This document shows positions 49,450-59,071 of a DNA stretch of 64,000 nucleotides, in pieces (the stretch's first letter is position 1; the number at the start of each line of letters is the position of its first letter). Below the pieces are notes generated by a model. The model worked only from the letters and a program-made list of their open reading frames with translations. It did not search any database and was not told the DNA's origin. The stretch is from a virus (taxonomy: Duplodnaviria; Heunggongvirae; Uroviricota; Caudoviricetes). The stretch lies in the IMG/VR virus record IMGVR_UViG_3300031555_003397; one strand, written 5' to 3'. The position numbers and the translations under genes were made by a program.

Positions 49450-50170
49450 CATAGATTCCATTTTGCGTTCGTTTTTCAATACCCTCAACGCCTAGACGCT
49501 CTATGATAGATTTTCACTATCCATTGTCATGTGCTTAGTTCTATCGAGTTGGTCTGCGTTGCCACTCCTTGCCAACCACGCCAAGGCCGTTTTACTGCCA
49601 AAAACTTCATCTATGTGTTTACCCTTCACCAGACCGCATTTCAACCGAGCAAGGCAGTAAGACCATTGTGCGGCAGTGGCTCCAGAAACTTTAAAAACTC
49701 TTATCGGTGTCCTATTATATAAATTCCACTCTTACTAGCGCCAGCTCTTTCACTACTGGGCGCGGGTCGCCTTATTACTTTCGGCGCCGTCTTGACCAGC
49801 AAGCTCTTCTCGTCTTGCAGGACTGCTTTCTCTGATTTTCGGGTGGAGGATATTCGAAGCTACCCTCAAGCTCACTCATTTCACCCTAGGCACTTTCAAG
49901 GTATGCCTTACGTCGCGGCTTGGGCATCTTGCCGCAGTTCAATTTTCTTTCAGCGGAATTATCAAACCATTCCGCCTAATTGGTCTGTGGATATGAACCA
50001 ATAACCCTAAATAGACTCCACAAACGCACTCAAACCAATCGAATACGTTGCTTCACGGTCGCCTCGGTCTATCTTGTAGCCGACGCACCCAAGTATTTCT
50101 CACTTGGTAAGAGCCGTGCTTTATCATCCACGGCGATGGTTGGTTTAAATTACGAACCTTTTAAAGCCAA
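49450..50170 (-). ncRNA. Large structured noncoding RNA (~700 nt) with RNase-P-RNA-like sequence blocks
   Basis: No ORF. The minus strand has CCTTGAAAGTGCC, AGGGTGAAATGAGTG and CTCCACCCG in the same order as the J11/12-P12 region of bacterial RNase P RNA. The P4 helix was not identified. Confidence 0.25.
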
Positions 50171-50180
50171 CTGGTCCTGG

Positions 50181-50254
50181 TGGGACAGGCCGGAATTGAA
50201 CCAGCGACACTTAGATTTTCAGTCTAATGCTACTACCTGCTGAGCTACTGCCCC
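50181..50254 (-). tRNA. tRNA-Phe(GAA)
   Basis: Anticodon stem TTAGA/TCTAA, loop CTGAAAA. Confidence 0.65.
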
Positions 50255-50699
50255 GAATATAATCTTCATAAGTTACTTGCTCATGTAAATTTAGATAGTG
50301 AAATTCTCTATGACAATTAGCACATAGAACATCGCATTTTTCAAGTTCAGCTTGAATTGTCTTTAAAGAAGCAGATTTTAACATATGATTAATAGTGTCT
50401 ACTTTTTGGCTATTATCTCGATGGTGAAAGTCTAAAACATAACTTCTTTTTTCACCACATTTTAAACAACCACACTTCTTAGCTTCTTCAACTACCGCTA
50501 TATTGGAACTTTTTTGAGTGGCCGCGGTTGCTTTGACACTTTCACGTCGCATCAAACTTTCTTGATAATGCTATCTCTCTTGTGCTCTTTGACATTCTTT
50601 ACATTGAGCGTGTTTTCTGCCCTCAGCTTTATTCTTCCAACGAAAATTATCCAAAGGCAATTCTCTTTGACATTTGGTACACTTTTTTAATTCAGACAT
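50211..50699 (-). CDS. HNH homing endonuclease with N-terminal CxxC zinc finger; 1 in-frame TAG
   Basis: RBS gaggagg, then ATG 50699. CANCHREFH motif. The 3-prime end overlaps tRNA-Phe by about 45 nt. Confidence 0.5.
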
Positions 50700-50858
50700 T
50701 AAAAATTCCTCCTCTTTGTTTCTAAATATAAGTAGAATTACAAAGAAAATAGTACAATTTTCCAGTCCAAATTTCAGTCTAAAAATTTAACTAGACGCAA
50801 TATAAGTTTGACAATTTAGCAGATTGTTCCTTGAAAAGTTTGCTGTGTGCGTCTGTGG

Positions 50859-50930
50859 CGGGGGCGGTGAGAATCGAACTCACATCTGCGGTTTTAGAGA
50901 CCGCGGTCCTGGCCTTTGAACGACACCCCA
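50859..50930 (-). tRNA. Amber suppressor tRNA, anticodon CUA, Gln-like identity (tRNA-Sup/Gln(CTA))
   Basis: Perfect anticodon stem GCGGT/ACCGC, loop CTCTAAA (plus-strand TTTAGAG at 50893-50899). U1/C72 unpaired, G2-C71, G3-C70, G10, G73, CCA encoded. Confidence 0.65.
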
Positions 50931-50994
50931 ATATGGGGTGCTACCTATATAACCCTTGGTTCTCGGGTGAACTCGTGTAGCGGTTACTTTATGG

Positions 50995-51066
50995 AGGCCC
51001 CGGAGAATTACGATATCTCGACCTACAGATTAACAGTCTGTTGCTCTGCCTCTGAGCTACGAAGCC
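50995..51066 (-). tRNA. tRNA-Asn(GTT)
   Basis: Anticodon stem ACAGA/TCTGT, loop CTGTTAA. Atypical T-loop. Confidence 0.55.
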
Positions 51067-51153
51067 ATATCAAACAATTCTAGACACATAATACTTATCA
51101 GATTTACAGTCTAATTTTTCCAGTATGTTACATTTGCTGTGAGTGTCTTATGG

Positions 51154-51226
51154 TAGCCCCGATGGGATTCGAACCCATACTGGAAGGATTTTAAGTCCTC
51201 TGTCTCTGCCGTTGGACTACGAGGCC
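51154..51226 (-). tRNA. Type-I tRNA with Leu anticodon UAA (short variable arm); paralog of 36488-36560
   Basis: Loop CTTAAAA. Shares the AACGG D-loop, CCAGT variable arm and T-arm with the UAG tRNA. Discriminator A. Confidence 0.55.
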
Positions 51227-51239
51227 ATTTTGGCGTTTT

Positions 51240-51650
51240 TGAACAGGGCGCCACTCCTGACTATTTGGCCAAGTCACCATTCAAGCATAGTTGCTCATAC
51301 ACCAATCTCGCCGGTTATTCGCCTAGTATTTCAACTAGGGATATTCCTTAACAATAGCCATTGCACTTCTCTTCTCGCCAGCTCCCGCAGATTTATGATA
51401 TTGTTCCCCGGGTCATGACTCCCAGGCTGACGTTTGTTGTATCGGCGCTTAGACCGACCACGTACCTTGTGGCGTATGGACTTAGACAAGTATATGCATC
51501 TACTCATCTACGATTGTTAAAGCTGGTCTCATACTTTATCCCGACTTGACCTACGGACTAGCCACTTAGAGAAATGGCCAGGTGTATTTACCGCTTCGAT
51601 CGGGAGAGGCACTAAGAATTGAAAGGAAGAAAGTTTCTTAGCTCTCCCGA
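51240..51650 (-). ncRNA. Roughly 400-nt promoter-driven noncoding leader / structured RNA upstream of the tRNA(UAA)-Asn-Sup cluster
   Basis: Consensus promoter at 51655-51700. No ORF. A strong terminal hairpin GGGAGAG...CTCTCCC and multiple internal helices. Confidence 0.3.
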
Positions 51651-51654
51651 CCTT

Positions 51655-51700
51655 GTATAAATATTATATCAAAAATTTAAGAATTTTTCAAATTTTCAAG
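51655..51700 (-). promoter_or_regulatory. Conserved promoter copy
   Basis: Same motif. Confidence 0.45.
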
Positions 51701-51964
51701 GGTGAAAGGCTCTCACATCTGCATTACCAGACTTATCCCAGGCTTGCGGGCCCAGCAAGGTGTTCCTGCGGACGCTGGGGTTAATGTTACTATTTAAAGG
51801 GGCGAGCTGTACCCTTACCATTCACTAGAGCCAAAAGGTTGGCCACCACATTCGGCCGACCGTTCCTCTCCGCTCACCTTGTATATATATTATATATTAA
51901 ATTTTTAAAAAAGTCAAAAAATAAAGGAGCAATTCTTTGCGAACTGCTCCTATAACATTTACAC

Positions 51965-52430
51965 TTAGACATTGGGAATTTTCAGAATCATACCGGCGCG
52001 CAGAATATCAGACTTTAACTTGTTAAACTCTTTGATTTCTACGTACCGATTACCATTACCTACTCCGTAATAGTGTTCTGCTATATCCCACAGAGATTCC
52101 CTCTTCTTTACTTTGTGCAAAGTAATGTCACTTGTAGATGTAGTAATTACAGAAGAAACTTCTGGCTGTTCTTCACCAACAATACTCATACCTGTCACAA
52201 AAATTTCTGGTATCTCCGTAGTTTCCTTGTGTTCATGCGGAACAGTAAACTTTAAGTTAATCCAAGAACCATTTTCCAATTGGCCCCAACCATTTTGCTC
52301 AGCAACAACATTATGAACTTCATCCATCTTAATTGTGCCTAGAATTTGGGCAGACATAGATGGCTATAAGCGACAATTCAATAATTTAGCTGTCACTTTA
52401 ACTTGATTAGCAAATCCCATTGTAAATCCT
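51965..52430 (-). CDS. LysM-domain protein; in-frame TAG near the N-terminus
   Basis: C-terminal LysM (HKVKKRESLWDIAEHYYG...ILKIPNV). Upstream region is in frame through a TAG. Confidence 0.4.
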
Positions 52431-52494
52431 CCTTGGGTTAATTTCTTCTGATTCTAAGTAGAAAGTAAAAAATTTTGATATATTTTTTTGTGCC

Positions 52495-53172
52495 TTAAAG
52501 TAAATCAAAATTTAAGGTCATTTTATAAAGTAAATCTGCGTCATAACCAGGTACTGTTTGTACCCATCTCCAGAATTTATCTGGAAGTTGCAGATAATGC
52601 TTATTGAAATAAGAGAATGGACTTGGTAGACTAGGAATAAGCATAGATTCCGGCCAGGGCTCCCTCATATAATCTAAATTCAACCCACCCATGATGCGCT
52701 GATATTGTTTTAAAACAACCTCAAAACGTTCTTTGTCTACGGGTTTGTTAAAAATATAATATTCTTTACCATTTAACTCATGACAAAACAAACAATTCTT
52801 TAAGCTCTTGCTATCAACACAAAAGTTTGAAGCAGTAATATCTTCACAGAATCGAAGTTCTCCACTTGCAATAACATTAGTACAAGCATAAATATTGCAA
52901 GAGTTATAGACGCCCTTACTGATAAGAACATTGTGACTATCTTCTACACTTGTAGAACCAAAAATCTTTTCGCTAGAATATACAAATTGACTCTCAAAAA
53001 TTTGCAAAGAATTAGTTACGTCATCAGATTTAAATACATCTGTACTATGGGAAATTCCAGTGCTATCATGGACAAAACTGGAAAAATCAACATCATTGCT
53101 ATTTACGATGTACTGACTGTCTTGAATGTTTTGACAATTATAATAATTGCTACATCCAACAAAATCATTCAT
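52495..53172 (-). CDS. Hypothetical protein (225 aa)
   Basis: ORF. Confidence 0.45.
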   Translation of the reverse strand: MNDFVGCSNYYNCQNIQDSQYIVNSNDVDFSSFVHDSTGISHSTDVFKSDDVTNSLQIFESQFVYSSEKIFGSTSVEDSHNVLISKGVYNSCNIYACTNVIASGELRFCEDITASNFCVDSKSLKNCLFCHELNGKEYYIFNKPVDKERFEVVLKQYQRIMGGLNLDYMREPWPESMLIPSLPSPFSYFNKHYLQLPDKFWRWVQTVPGYDADLLYKMTLNFDLL

Positions 53173-53608
53173 TACCAGTCACCGCCTTGTAATAATTAGG
53201 ACTATTTTCTTTTACATACTCAGCGTGTCCTTCAAAATCTGGATGCTCACGTTCCCATAGAACTAAACTTGCTTGAACATTCAAAAATTCTATCAGCGCA
53301 TCTAGCTCTGTAGAACGCTTAAAATATGCAACAGGATACATTGAACCCTTACCAATAATTTCCGCGCCAAAACAGTCTCGACACATTCTTAAATATTGAG
53401 CATAAGTTAACCCCAAAAGGCGCGCACAGATAACATTGTAACTGCCGGTGGTTTCGCCCAAATGAAAATTATCGTGGACAGGGACAATTCTCCACTTACC
53501 AGGATGAGCAGCAGACTCATCGCGCATAAAACATTTTACTTTTATCATACTGCCAGCTCCTTCCATAGTTCTTTTATTTCTTCTTTTTCTTGTTCTGAAA
53601 GAACACAT
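53165..53608 (-). CDS. Hypothetical protein
   Basis: ORF. Confidence 0.45.
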   Translation of the reverse strand: MCSFRTRKRRNKRTMEGAGSMIKVKCFMRDESAAHPGKWRIVPVHDNFHLGETTGSYNVICARLLGLTYAQYLRMCRDCFGAEIIGKGSMYPVAYFKRSTELDALIEFLNVQASLVLWEREHPDFEGHAEYVKENSPNYYKAVTGNE

Positions 53609-53844
53609 AAATCTCCGTAATTATCTACTCCTCGGAAACACTTTACTGCTTCCTTAAAGTCGGGAATATCCTTCATATTAAAGGTAATAATCTCTTCAGA
53701 TACCACAGGAGTCCATTTTGTATCAACATATTTACGCACAGTAGAAGCAGAAAAACCTGTCTGGCGCGCGACCTCTGCAAATACTCGAGTCTTATAGTAA
53801 ATTTCATTCATACGAAGAATATCTTCACTTGTTACTCTAGCCAT
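53545..53844 (-). CDS. Helix-turn-helix DNA-binding protein
   Basis: ARQTGFSASTVRKYV. Confidence 0.4.
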   Translation of the reverse strand: MARVTSEDILRMNEIYYKTRVFAEVARQTGFSASTVRKYVDTKWTPVVSEEIITFNMKDIPDFKEAVKCFRGVDNYGDLCVLSEQEKEEIKELWKELAV

Positions 53845-54386
53845 TTTATTCCCTCCGCCGCTTTAATAGTTTCTTTGACAACTTCAAACCACACAGGAGT
53901 ATAATTAATTCGCTCTGCGCTTACGCAAAAGCTACGGCAACTAAAATCTTTATAAGTGGGGTCATTATGAACGTGTGCAAAAATATTTGCAAAAGGAGAG
54001 TTTTCAGAAATACCCACCAATGGTGCATGAGACACAATAAAAAAATCATCAAGCACAATATGATGATTATACACAAACTCAAAACCAGCAGCCCTATAAG
54101 TTTCAATAGAAGCCTGGTCATGATTTCCCAAAACAAGACGCTTACGTCCATTCAGGCGCTGACCAATCTCAATAATTTTTTGTTTACCGCACAGCGCAAA
54201 GTCACCAACTACATAAACAATATCATTCTTGCCAACGACAGAATTCCAATTTTTAATAAGTTGCTTATTCATATCTTCTACGCTATTAAAGGGGCGACTA
54301 CAATATTTGATAATGTTTCGATGATTGAAGTGCAAGTCGCCAATAAGAAAAATCTTAGGTTCTTTCATTAAATCATTCCTTTTCAT
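53832..54386 (-). CDS. Metallophosphoesterase
   Basis: GDLHFNH...GDF...GNHD. Confidence 0.55.
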   Translation of the reverse strand: MKRNDLMKEPKIFLIGDLHFNHRNIIKYCSRPFNSVEDMNKQLIKNWNSVVGKNDIVYVVGDFALCGKQKIIEIGQRLNGRKRLVLGNHDQASIETYRAAGFEFVYNHHIVLDDFFIVSHAPLVGISENSPFANIFAHVHNDPTYKDFSCRSFCVSAERINYTPVWFEVVKETIKAAEGIKWLE

Positions 54387-54437
54387 TTTCTTATATTATA
54401 TCACAAATTTTCATAAAAATCAAAAATTGGGAGAGAA

Positions 54438-55262
54438 TTACTCCTCTCCCTTGTATTTCCATTTGTAACCATATGCTGTCTTTCTTTCGCCCCTAGCGCA
54501 TCTATTTATTGGAGTACCACTGCTTACTCCTAACTCTCTCGCGGCAGCCTCGCAACTTGGAAATTCTGCCAAAAAATTATTATTTAAATCAAACTACGTA
54601 ACTTTTTTGCCAGTAGTTTTCCTCTCTTTAGTTAATAGATAATCTTCTATTGGCGTTTCATCTTCTACATATTTCCAAATATAACCACTGCTACTTTTTA
54701 ATTTACCGTTACAACAGGCAATAATATTAGAGCCATTTGTCTGCCCTGTAGCCCTACCTGCTTCCGAAGCAGATTCAAAAATTTGTATAAAATCGCCTTC
54801 TTTTGAAAACTAAATCACTGGTTTGGCGTGTATTCTATTATGAATTTCTTTGTGACTAACAGAATTTGCGCGTAATATATTTTGAATTGTTCCATCGCTA
54901 GCGCCAGTAATTTTACTCAACTCCTATGGAGTTTTCCCATCAAGCCACAACTAATACACTTCATCGTAGTTATACTTGGTCGCACCTTCTCCGCCTAATG
55001 TAGAATTATATCCATTGTGGTAAGAATCATAATAAGCAATCCAAAATTTTTCTCTTTCAAAACGATTAGCAAAATCACATTCTTCAATTTGTTTAATCTG
55101 AAAATGTTCTATCCCGTACTTTCGCATTGCTAATTGTAATTTAAAATTTCTTTTATAAAGATCTTGAATATGTTTAATCCAGCGATGTTCTATCCCGATT
55201 GCCGTTTCACCAACATAAACTTTGTCATTTATATCATTTATAATTTTATATATAAAAGCCAT
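54438..55262 (-). CDS. GIY-YIG homing endonuclease with NUMOD-like C-terminal repeats; about 4 in-frame TAG
   Basis: FIYKIINDINDKVYVGET..RWIKH. Reads through the TAG at 54951 to TAA at 54438. Confidence 0.5.
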
Positions 55263-55270
55263 TAAAATGC

Positions 55271-55314
55271 CTCCGGTCTTTCTTTCTACTTATAAGTAGA
55301 AAGAAAGACCGGAG
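55271..55314. repeat. Perfect 44-bp palindrome between the Ro60 gene and a GIY-YIG gene
   Basis: ctccggtctttctttctacttataagtagaaagaaagaccggag. Contains ACTTATAAGTAG. Confidence 0.8.
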
Positions 55315-55337
55315 AGTATATTATTTAAGTAAAATTT

Positions 55338-56906
55338 TTAAATACGAATTTTCTCGTACGCCTTTCCATTCAAAATGGAAACCATATAATCATATGCAGT
55401 CATACCATTTAAGGCCCTCACAAGATTCTTAAATGTAGAGGCAGACTGACCAGATACCAAAATAACATCTTCTCTATTAGAGAGAAAGGTGTCATTCCGC
55501 GCATTAATATTCCAAAGAATTAACTTGGGACATTCGTATCCAGCCGCACGGAACTTAGTTTCTAGAGTATCCATAAAATCAAATCGAGCGTTGGGTCTAA
55601 AATAAGAGTCAATCTCCATATCGCTCAGTACCAACAAAGCCTTAGGCATTTCATTCTTAGGAACTCGATTTGCAATGGCAACACGCAAAATTTCCTGCAT
55701 ACCCTTCATTAGATTAGTGCTATATCCAACTCCTGCGCTTGCAGTTTTTTGCACTGCCTCAAGAAGAGAGCAGCCTTCGCGCAGATTAATAAAATGAGGA
55801 TTATCAGTAAAAGTCATGTATTGATTGCGATAAGCTCCGACATTATGCTGTGCAAGATAGATGGCCAAGGCAATAGAAGAGGCCATAGGCCGCCCTCTCA
55901 TAGAGCCACTCACATCAGCCATAGCGACAATATTCAGTCCTTCATTAATATAGTTAGGCAGAGCCTTCCACTGAGCTTCAACAACCTCGTCCAGCTTATC
56001 GTTGATGATGCAGTCACCATAGCAACGACCGCTGTAACCTCTACCCATATACTTCTCGACCAGGTCGTAAGGATACAGAGTAGCGGCGTTAATCTTGACC
56101 TCACCCTTAGATACGCTCTTCAGGTAAGCGTCAAAACGCTCATGGTCATGCTTAGCAAATGCAGAACCGTAGTTGTGCATTGCGTAAGAAGGAACCTTAG
56201 CGTAATCAATCAGACCCCACTCGCCAGCGGACATCTGACGCTCAACAACATTGATGTGCTTACGCAGCGCGGACAGCATCTTACGATACTTACGAGGCTC
56301 TAGGTGCAGGGCACGCATAGCCTTAGTAGCCATCTGACGAGTCTTCACAGAGGAAGTGTTCTCAGAAGGCATCCACTTTGCCAGCAGGGAAACAGGAACA
56401 ACCTTGGTAGCAGTAGAGGCGTTGTAAGCCTTCATATCAGCAGCCAGAGTCTTAGCGACATTTTCCCACATCAGCTTTTCGCACTTGGTGCCGCACAGAA
56501 CGAACCAAGAGTCGAAACGGTTGAAGTAAGGAATCAGCTCAATGTTCTTGTTTACGATTCCGGGATAGTTTTCTGCCAGCCAGCGCAGGCAGACGCGGAA
56601 GGTACGACGCTCACCCAGGCCACCCTGGCGAATATCGCCGGAGTAGAACAGCATCTTGGTTGCCAGCAGCTTATCCTCTCGGAAAGCAGCAGCAAACTTC
56701 TGCTCGATTTCACGATCAGTACGAGGACGCAGTGCGCCAATCTGAGAGAACAGATCCAGCAGAGCACCCTGTGCAGTGGAATCATAGGCAGCAGCGCCAT
56801 TTTCAGTCAGCTTATGGGTACCTTCACGATACATAGCAGTTGCAAAATTCATTTTACATTTCTCCTTTTCACTCACAAAGTTTTTGTTTTGAAAAGCTAG
56901 GCGCAA
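55338..56906 (-). CDS. rsr: Ro60-like (TROVE domain + vWA/MIDAS) RNA-binding protein
   Basis: N-terminal T.NGA.A..ST....L..LF pattern of TROVE. MIDAS motif ADVSGSM, then vWA. Length 522 aa. Confidence 0.6.
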   Translation of the reverse strand: MRLAFQNKNFVSEKEKCKMNFATAMYREGTHKLTENGAAAYDSTAQGALLDLFSQIGALRPRTDREIEQKFAAAFREDKLLATKMLFYSGDIRQGGLGERRTFRVCLRWLAENYPGIVNKNIELIPYFNRFDSWFVLCGTKCEKLMWENVAKTLAADMKAYNASTATKVVPVSLLAKWMPSENTSSVKTRQMATKAMRALHLEPRKYRKMLSALRKHINVVERQMSAGEWGLIDYAKVPSYAMHNYGSAFAKHDHERFDAYLKSVSKGEVKINAATLYPYDLVEKYMGRGYSGRCYGDCIINDKLDEVVEAQWKALPNYINEGLNIVAMADVSGSMRGRPMASSIALAIYLAQHNVGAYRNQYMTFTDNPHFINLREGCSLLEAVQKTASAGVGYSTNLMKGMQEILRVAIANRVPKNEMPKALLVLSDMEIDSYFRPNARFDFMDTLETKFRAAGYECPKLILWNINARNDTFLSNREDVILVSGQSASTFKNLVRALNGMTAYDYMVSILNGKAYEKIRI

Positions 56907-56964
56907 TTGAGTTAATCAACCTCAGTTATTGTCGATTATTTTAGTTTCGCTGTTCGCGCCTCAA

Positions 56965-57010
56965 CTTTGTAATTATATTATATCTGAATTTTGCAGATTT
57001 TTCAAATTTT
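56965..57010 (-). promoter_or_regulatory. Conserved promoter copy upstream of the Ro60 gene
   Basis: Plus strand gtaattatattatatctgaattttgcagatttttcaaatttt. Confidence 0.45.
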
Positions 57011-57047
57011 CTCAATCATAAAATTTCTGGCTAGAATTTTGAACTTG

Positions 57048-57359
57048 CTATTGATAAAGCTCTTCTTCAGTAGATGGTGGCCTTAAAGCGGTTTCATATT
57101 TAATACCGCCTTTAGTGTTTTCTTTCATAGACTTACCATAATAGCAGGCTTGGCTAACGCCATATGCGGTCCAAGGGAAGCCAACCAAAGCTACAATCCA
57201 AGGAAGCTCTCCAAAATATTGGTTTTTAATACAATAGAAGGCCAAGTAGAATGCACCCAAAGTCACAATCCAAATTAAAGCAGACTCTTGGATTAGTAAA
57301 ATTTTGGAAAACTCTTGCTTCTTTACGTATTTACCTTTCTTGATTTTTTTCTTTTCCAC
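57048..57359 (-). CDS. Small membrane protein
   Basis: GTG start at 57359 with RBS aggagg. Confidence 0.4.
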   Translation of the reverse strand: MEKKKIKKGKYVKKQEFSKILLIQESALIWIVTLGAFYLAFYCIKNQYFGELPWIVALVGFPWTAYGVSQACYYGKSMKENTKGGIKYETALRPPSTEEELYQ

Positions 57360-57429
57360 TCAAAATTCCTCCTATACATTAAAATACACGCGCGTGACGC
57401 GCATGATTATAATTCAAATTTTTAATATT

Positions 57430-58125
57430 TCAAATTTTATAAGCCCACAAATAACCACCAGAAGTTTTTTGTTTACCAAGACAGCAATTATATATTCCAG
57501 TTTTACTAATTCCTACACTATCTGCGGCAGTTTTTACATTATCATATTCAGCAATTAAATTACCTTTCATATCATACTAGAATACCTTCTTATTATTTTT
57601 TCTAGCAATCTCTATTGTTTTTTCTTCTTTTTTAAGACCTTGTTGCCATTCCCATTTAAAGCCGCCACTACTTTTTGTATTTCCATTACAGCATTTGCGT
57701 ATATTAGATGGATGAATTCTCACTTCATCTGCGGCTTCCTATACAGTGTTAAAAATCTTTAAAAACTATCCTTCTAAAGTATATTGTATTACTGCAGCTC
57801 CATGATTTATTTTTTCTTTAATTTTTTCTTGACCGCCAATAGTGGAATTATACCCATTATTGTAACTATCATAATAGTTTATCCAATATTTTTCCTTAAT
57901 ATCCAATTCTGAATTTTGACATTCTTCTAAAATTTCCGGAGTAAAATTATTTTCACCATATTTAATTATCATTCTATGAAATAAAGGAAAGCTTTGTCTA
58001 ATACCATCAAGAGCTTCTCTAGCTTCTTTTTTATGCTACTCCCATCTTTGGTTTAAAGTTTTGGAAGTCTATCCAATATAAACTTGATTAGTTACTTTAT
58101 TTGTTATTTTATATATAATACCCAT
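57430..58125 (-). CDS. GIY-YIG homing endonuclease; several in-frame TAG
   Basis: MGIIYKITNKVTNQVYIG*TSKTLNQRWE*H. Stop TGA at 57430. Confidence 0.45.
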
Positions 58126-58239
58126 ATTATCTCCTCCATATTTTACTAATATTAAGTAAAATAAATACGCGCAGAATATATAAAAAGCGTAAAAAGAATG
58201 GGAAGTTTCCTTCCCATTCGCATCAAAATTTCTCAAAAA

Positions 58240-58527
58240 TCAAATTTTAGCTCTTAGTTTATCAACAACTTCAGAGACTAGCGCGCTACCGCCCATCATG
58301 GTTAAAGCAGTGATAATCTGGCCTAGTGGACTAACTTGTGGGACTAAGCCCAATGCATTTAGCAGATCAAGGCTATAACCAAAGGATAAAGCAAAGGAAC
58401 CAATAGCAGAAGCGCCAATAGTAATATAATTGCTATAAGCTAAACCGCCCCAGATGTTGTCCTTTAGATTGTCAATTACATACCACATAACAGTACATAA
58501 AACCATAATTAAAGTTAAAGAATCCAT
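58240..58527 (-). CDS. Small membrane protein (holin-like)
   Basis: Three hydrophobic helices. Confidence 0.35.
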   Translation of the reverse strand: MDSLTLIMVLCTVMWYVIDNLKDNIWGGLAYSNYITIGASAIGSFALSFGYSLDLLNALGLVPQVSPLGQIITALTMMGGSALVSEVVDKLRAKI

Positions 58528-58660
58528 TAGATTTCCTCCTTAAATTTTTACTATATATAAGTTGTTGTTAAAATCAAGTCCTCTGCTATTTTATTGAAAT
58601 TTGAAAAATTAAAAGTTTTATGTTAAAATATTTATGAATAATGAGAAAGGAGTAAAGTAA

Positions 58661-59071
58661 ATGGAAGAAATTAAAATGATAAACGCTCAAGAGCTGCTTG
58701 ATAATTATGATGAAATTATCAACATTACTATGGTTAATCTTTATACATTAACAAAAGAAAAAGAAACTATTGTTATTTCTGATTTTGATAGAAAGAATAG
58801 AGACCATCTATTCGTAATCAGAGTGGCTTTAATGGCTAAAGATATTTATGGTTTCCCATTAAAAATGCGTTGTGGCTTTTGGGACTGGGTTATTCTGAAT
58901 TGGAAAATGCGTAAGCTATCTCGTTTTATTCCAAGAGATAATGCTTCTCTACCTGTAGTAAACGTTCCGAAGTTGCTTGAATTTATGTATCCTCCTATTA
59001 AAGAATATATGGGAGAAAGCTTTAAGTTTGAGCATATTTACAATCAATTTTACGAAGGAGATTTAGGTTGA
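58661..59071 (+). CDS. Hypothetical protein
   Basis: RBS aaaggag. Confidence 0.45.
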   Translation: MEEIKMINAQELLDNYDEIINITMVNLYTLTKEKETIVISDFDRKNRDHLFVIRVALMAKDIYGFPLKMRCGFWDWVILNWKMRKLSRFIPRDNASLPVVNVPKLLEFMYPPIKEYMGESFKFEHIYNQFYEGDLG

